64,000 nucleotides of DNA from an uncultured Holophaga sp. (GTDB lineage: Bacteria; Acidobacteriota; Holophagae; Holophagales; Holophagaceae): positions 2,304,001 through 2,368,000 of the forward strand of contig OY761614.1 in NCBI GenBank assembly GCA_963664825.1, in the 5' to 3' direction. A program made the position numbers and the translations under genes. A model generated the notes under the pieces. It was not told where the DNA came from, searched no databases, and was given only the letters and a program-made list of their open reading frames with translations. Numbering within the stretch: the stretch's first letter is position 1; the number at the start of each line of letters is the position of its first letter. This document shows positions 61,206-64,000 of this stretch, in pieces.

Positions 61206-61220
61206 TTGATTTTAATCACA
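61206..61220. promoter_or_regulatory. FNR/CRP-like site upstream of the hydrogenase operon
   Basis: TTGAT-TTTA-ATCAC, one mismatch to TTGAT-N4-ATCAA. Confidence 0.45.
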
Positions 61221-61310
61221 TCAAGCGCCAACCGTGGGGAAGAGTCTTCTCGCGCTTACGACGTGGATCGCAATAGACTCCTCGGAAGCCCGTTTTTTCT
61301 AGATTTGACG

Positions 61311-61348
61311 AAGAAAAGCCCCCTTGGACAACACCTGTCCAAGGGGGC
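61311..61348 (-). terminator. Intrinsic terminator of the DUF4139 gene
   Basis: 13-bp stem gcccccttggaca / tgtccaagggggc followed by TTTTCTT on the minus strand. Confidence 0.85.
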
Positions 61349-61394
61349 CTCCAGAAGACGAATGGGCCAGTATTGCGAACTCGTCGCGACTACT

Positions 61395-62831
61395 CTACCA
61401 CTTGACCCGGACGCGATAGCTCAGCGTCGCGCTGCCCTCGGCGGGCACGTCCACCTTGAATTTGGCGGTGCCCGCGGCCTCCTTGGTGAAGGGATGGCTC
61501 TTCTCGATCATCTCCCAGTCGCCGGAAATGGGCTCCAGCACCGACACGGTGACGGCCTCCTTCTTGGCATTCTTCAATTCCACCTGGAAGGCCAGTTCCA
61601 CCACATTGCGCCAGGCCCCCTGTTTGCCCAGGCTCTTGTAGTCCGTCTGCTTGCGCCGGGCCGTGATATCGAAGGCGTCCCCCAGCTTGAGGCGCACCTT
61701 TTCATTCCTGGGCGTGTGGTCGATGGCATCCTCCCCCACGAACTGCGCCCGGCCCTCGCTGTCCCGTTTATAGACCCGCACCGTGCCCTTGGGCAGGGGC
61801 ATGCCCATGCGACTCTCGGTGCGGTTATCGAATTCCACGAAGACACCCACCTTCAGCTTGTCGCCCAGCTCCCCGTAGTTGCCCTGGTAGTAGTAGCTAT
61901 CGCCCTTGAGCAGGTATTCCTTGCGCACGGGCACGCCGGAGGCCGAGAGCAGGGCCACCTGCTTGGTCTGGTTCTCCTTGAGGGTGGTGGGGCGGTCCAG
62001 GGTGTAGAGGTGGTATTCGAAAAGGCTCTCCTCCTTCATCTGAGGGGCGGCATCGAAATCGACGACCTTGGCCCGGGTCGTCATTGTGGTGTTGGGCCGC
62101 CGAGTCTGGACGCGGTTCACATCCCCGGCCACCAGTTGCAGGGTGGCATTGGGATAGGCCGCGCCGCTTTGGTTGGTGAGGGTCACCCAGCCGCTGAGAT
62201 CCAGGGCCTTCTCGTCGGGCGAGAGATTGGCAACATAGTCGGCCTTCCAGGCCAGTCCCCCCGTGAGGTAGCTCAGCTCCAGCTTCTGCGCCTTCTCGGC
62301 CCCGCTATGGAGATCGACCACGAGGGTGGGCCGGGCCCGCAGGTTCTCGGGCACCTTGGGGTAGATAATGCGCCCCGGGATAGAGGTCTCGATGCGATCC
62401 GGGAACTGAAGGACGACGCCCTGGTTGGTGGCCAGCACCGTGGCGTCTTCCCGCACTTCCTTGGCACCGGCGCCCTCGGCGTTGGGCACGCTGCGCACGA
62501 GGGTCACCTTCTGTCCAACATACTTTTCCAGCAGCTTGGTGGGGGTGAGCAGATCGAAATCGAAATTCTGTTCCACTACCCAGAAATCCTTGGGGAGCGT
62601 GAGATTGCGCAGCAGGGCCGTCTCGGGCCGGATCTGGGCCGAAACCTCCTGGAAGGCCAGGGACAGATCACCCTTGGTGAGCCGTACCTCCCGCTGGTCC
62701 TTCACCAGGGCCAGGTTCTCGTTATAGATGGTGACGGCCAGCGACTGCTGATCCTTGAGAGTGGTGGTGATCTCTCTGGGGCTCTGGGCAGCGAGTGCGA
62801 AGGCAAAGGGGGCGAGAAGCAGGGCGCGCAT
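61395..62831 (-). CDS. DUF4139 domain secreted protein
   Basis: VTIYNENLALV, SYLTGGLAWKADY, EYHLY, IDHTP; RBS aaggag. Confidence 0.88.
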   Translation of the reverse strand: MRALLLAPFAFALAAQSPREITTTLKDQQSLAVTIYNENLALVKDQREVRLTKGDLSLAFQEVSAQIRPETALLRNLTLPKDFWVVEQNFDFDLLTPTKLLEKYVGQKVTLVRSVPNAEGAGAKEVREDATVLATNQGVVLQFPDRIETSIPGRIIYPKVPENLRARPTLVVDLHSGAEKAQKLELSYLTGGLAWKADYVANLSPDEKALDLSGWVTLTNQSGAAYPNATLQLVAGDVNRVQTRRPNTTMTTRAKVVDFDAAPQMKEESLFEYHLYTLDRPTTLKENQTKQVALLSASGVPVRKEYLLKGDSYYYQGNYGELGDKLKVGVFVEFDNRTESRMGMPLPKGTVRVYKRDSEGRAQFVGEDAIDHTPRNEKVRLKLGDAFDITARRKQTDYKSLGKQGAWRNVVELAFQVELKNAKKEAVTVSVLEPISGDWEMIEKSHPFTKEAAGTAKFKVDVPAEGSATLSYRVRVKW

Positions 62832-62864
62832 GGGGAACTCCTTGAGGGGGTGCATGGATAGTCT

Positions 62865-63215
62865 CTACAACTTGGGACGTACGCGATAGAACAGCGTTGC
62901 GCTTCCTTCGGCAGGGACCTCCACCTTGAATTTGATATTGCCACCGGCCTCCTTGGTGAAGGCGTGGCTTTTCCGGACCACTTCCCAACGCTCGCCGATG
63001 GGCTCCAATACGGAAACGCTGACAGGCTCCTGCTTGGCATTCTTTAGCTCCACCTCAAAGGCGACTTCCAACACCCAGCGCCAATCACCCTGATGACCGA
63101 GGCTCTTGAAATCCGTCTGCTTCCGGTGAGCCGTGATATCGAACGCGTTGCCCAGTTTCAGGCGCACCGATTCATTCCTGGGCGTGTGATCGATGGGATC
63201 CTCACCCAGGAATTG
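62865..63215 (-). pseudogene. 3' remnant of a diverged DUF4139 paralog
   Basis: Colinear with about 61395-61745 (QFLGEDPIDHTPRNE..YRVRPKL); 5' part missing. Confidence 0.85.
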
Positions 63216-63216
63216 T

Positions 63217-63558
63217 GGATGTGCCTACACCGTGGGCAACATCCTCGGCTGTGGCTTCCTGGAGAAGGTCTATGAGAATGCCCTTGCCCACGAGCTTCGC
63301 GCTTCGGGCCTGAAGGTTCAGCAGCAGTGGAGGATCCCAGTCCATTAAAGAGGTCTCCTTGTCGGAGACTACGCCGCGGATCTTCTCGTCGAGGACGCAC
63401 TGCTGGTTGAGCTGAAAGCTACCAAGGCACTGGATGAAATCCATTTCGCCCAATGCCTGAACTACCTCAAGGCCACTGGTCTTCAGGCCTGTCTTCTGAT
63501 CAACTTTGGAGCACCAAGAGTCGAAGTCCGTCGCATGGTGAACCACTTTGAAGGCTGA
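63217..63558 (+). pseudogene. GxxExxY protein, 5' truncated, in-frame TAA at 63346
   Basis: GCAYTVGNILGCGFLEKVYENAL..ADLLVED..VELK..QCLNYLK..LLINFG; absent from the ORF track. Confidence 0.92.
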
Positions 63559-63563
63559 ACCCC

Positions 63564-63791
63564 ATCGGCGTGCATCTGTGTTCATCATTGTTTCAAAAGC
63601 AATCAACTCTGATACAAGCGGATGAACGCCGATAGAAGCCGCAAAGGGATCATGGTAGAAGCCCTGGACGGCCTCTCCGAGAGGGACATCGGATGCGTCT
63701 GCACCGGCAGCAGCACCCTCAGAGGAATCCCATCTGCGTGCATCTGCGTTCATCATTGTTCAAAAAAAAATCAACTCTGATGCACTACGAT
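63564..63791. repeat. Two tandem family A palindromes (63564-63633 and 63732-63792)
   Basis: Same arms and A-rich spacer as the 15856 and 17368 copies. Confidence 0.92.
63622..63731 (+). pseudogene. Second GxxExxY remnant (N-terminus only) between inverted arms
   Basis: MNADRSRKGIMVEALDGLSERDIGCVCTGSSTLRG; the GC..T..L.G part aligns with GCAYTVGNILGCG. Confidence 0.55.
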
Positions 63792-63851
63792 ATCGGAAAT
63801 CCGCATCAATGCTGCTTTGCCGTATCCTGAAGCCCTCTTCCCGGAGTTCCC

Positions 63852-64000
63852 ATGTCCGTGCCCATGCTCGATCCCATGGCCTTGCGCGTGTTAGGGGCGC
63901 TGCTGGAGAAGCAGATGAGCACGCCGGAGTACTATCCACTCACCCTCAACGCGCTGGTGAACGCCTGCAATCAGAGCAGCAACCGGGACCCTGTGATGCG
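63852..64000 (+). CDS. YceH/DUF480 family protein (partial)
   Basis: [31 protein letters not shown]. Confidence 0.92.
   Translation, partial: MSVPMLDPMALRVLGALLEKQMSTPEYYPLTLNALVNACNQSSNRDPVM

Noticed and set aside
62865..63215. DGR template repeat or shufflon cassette for DUF4139
   Set aside because: Differences are not adenine-specific; no reverse transcriptase or invertase in the window
63346..63348. Recoded stop in GxxExxY
   Set aside because: TAA is not a Sec/Pyl codon and the gene is also 5' truncated
63202..63756. 184-aa minus-strand ORF
   Set aside because: Antisense to the GxxExxY remnants and repeat arms

Overview
GC-rich bacterial chromosome segment; gene content suggests an anaerobic Acidobacteriota (Holophagaceae-like) organism, which is an inference. 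Core genes: tig, mog, trxB, cmk, sufB-C-D-S-U plus nfu, mqnD, cysS, rnr, ruvC, a Bat-like VWA operon, a heavy-metal RND efflux operon, a hemerythrin-NfnA-NfnB triple fusion and a bifurcating-type [FeFe]-hydrogenase operon. Superimposed are two families of short palindromic elements. Family A forms inverted arms around two decayed GxxExxY nuclease-like genes (63.2-63.8 kb) and also brackets an orphan HsdR_N nuclease cassette that carries a duplicated nfu 3' end (15.9-17.6 kb). Three defence-like insertions (HsdR_N nuclease, ABC-ATPase plus TOPRIM-like pair, type IIG R-M) each lie just downstream of such a palindrome, suggesting a GxxExxY/palindrome-linked cargo system; this is the best candidate for an undescribed system. 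Several deletion-scar pseudogenes are also present. No tRNA, rRNA or CRISPR array was recognised. All calls are by eye, without database searches.
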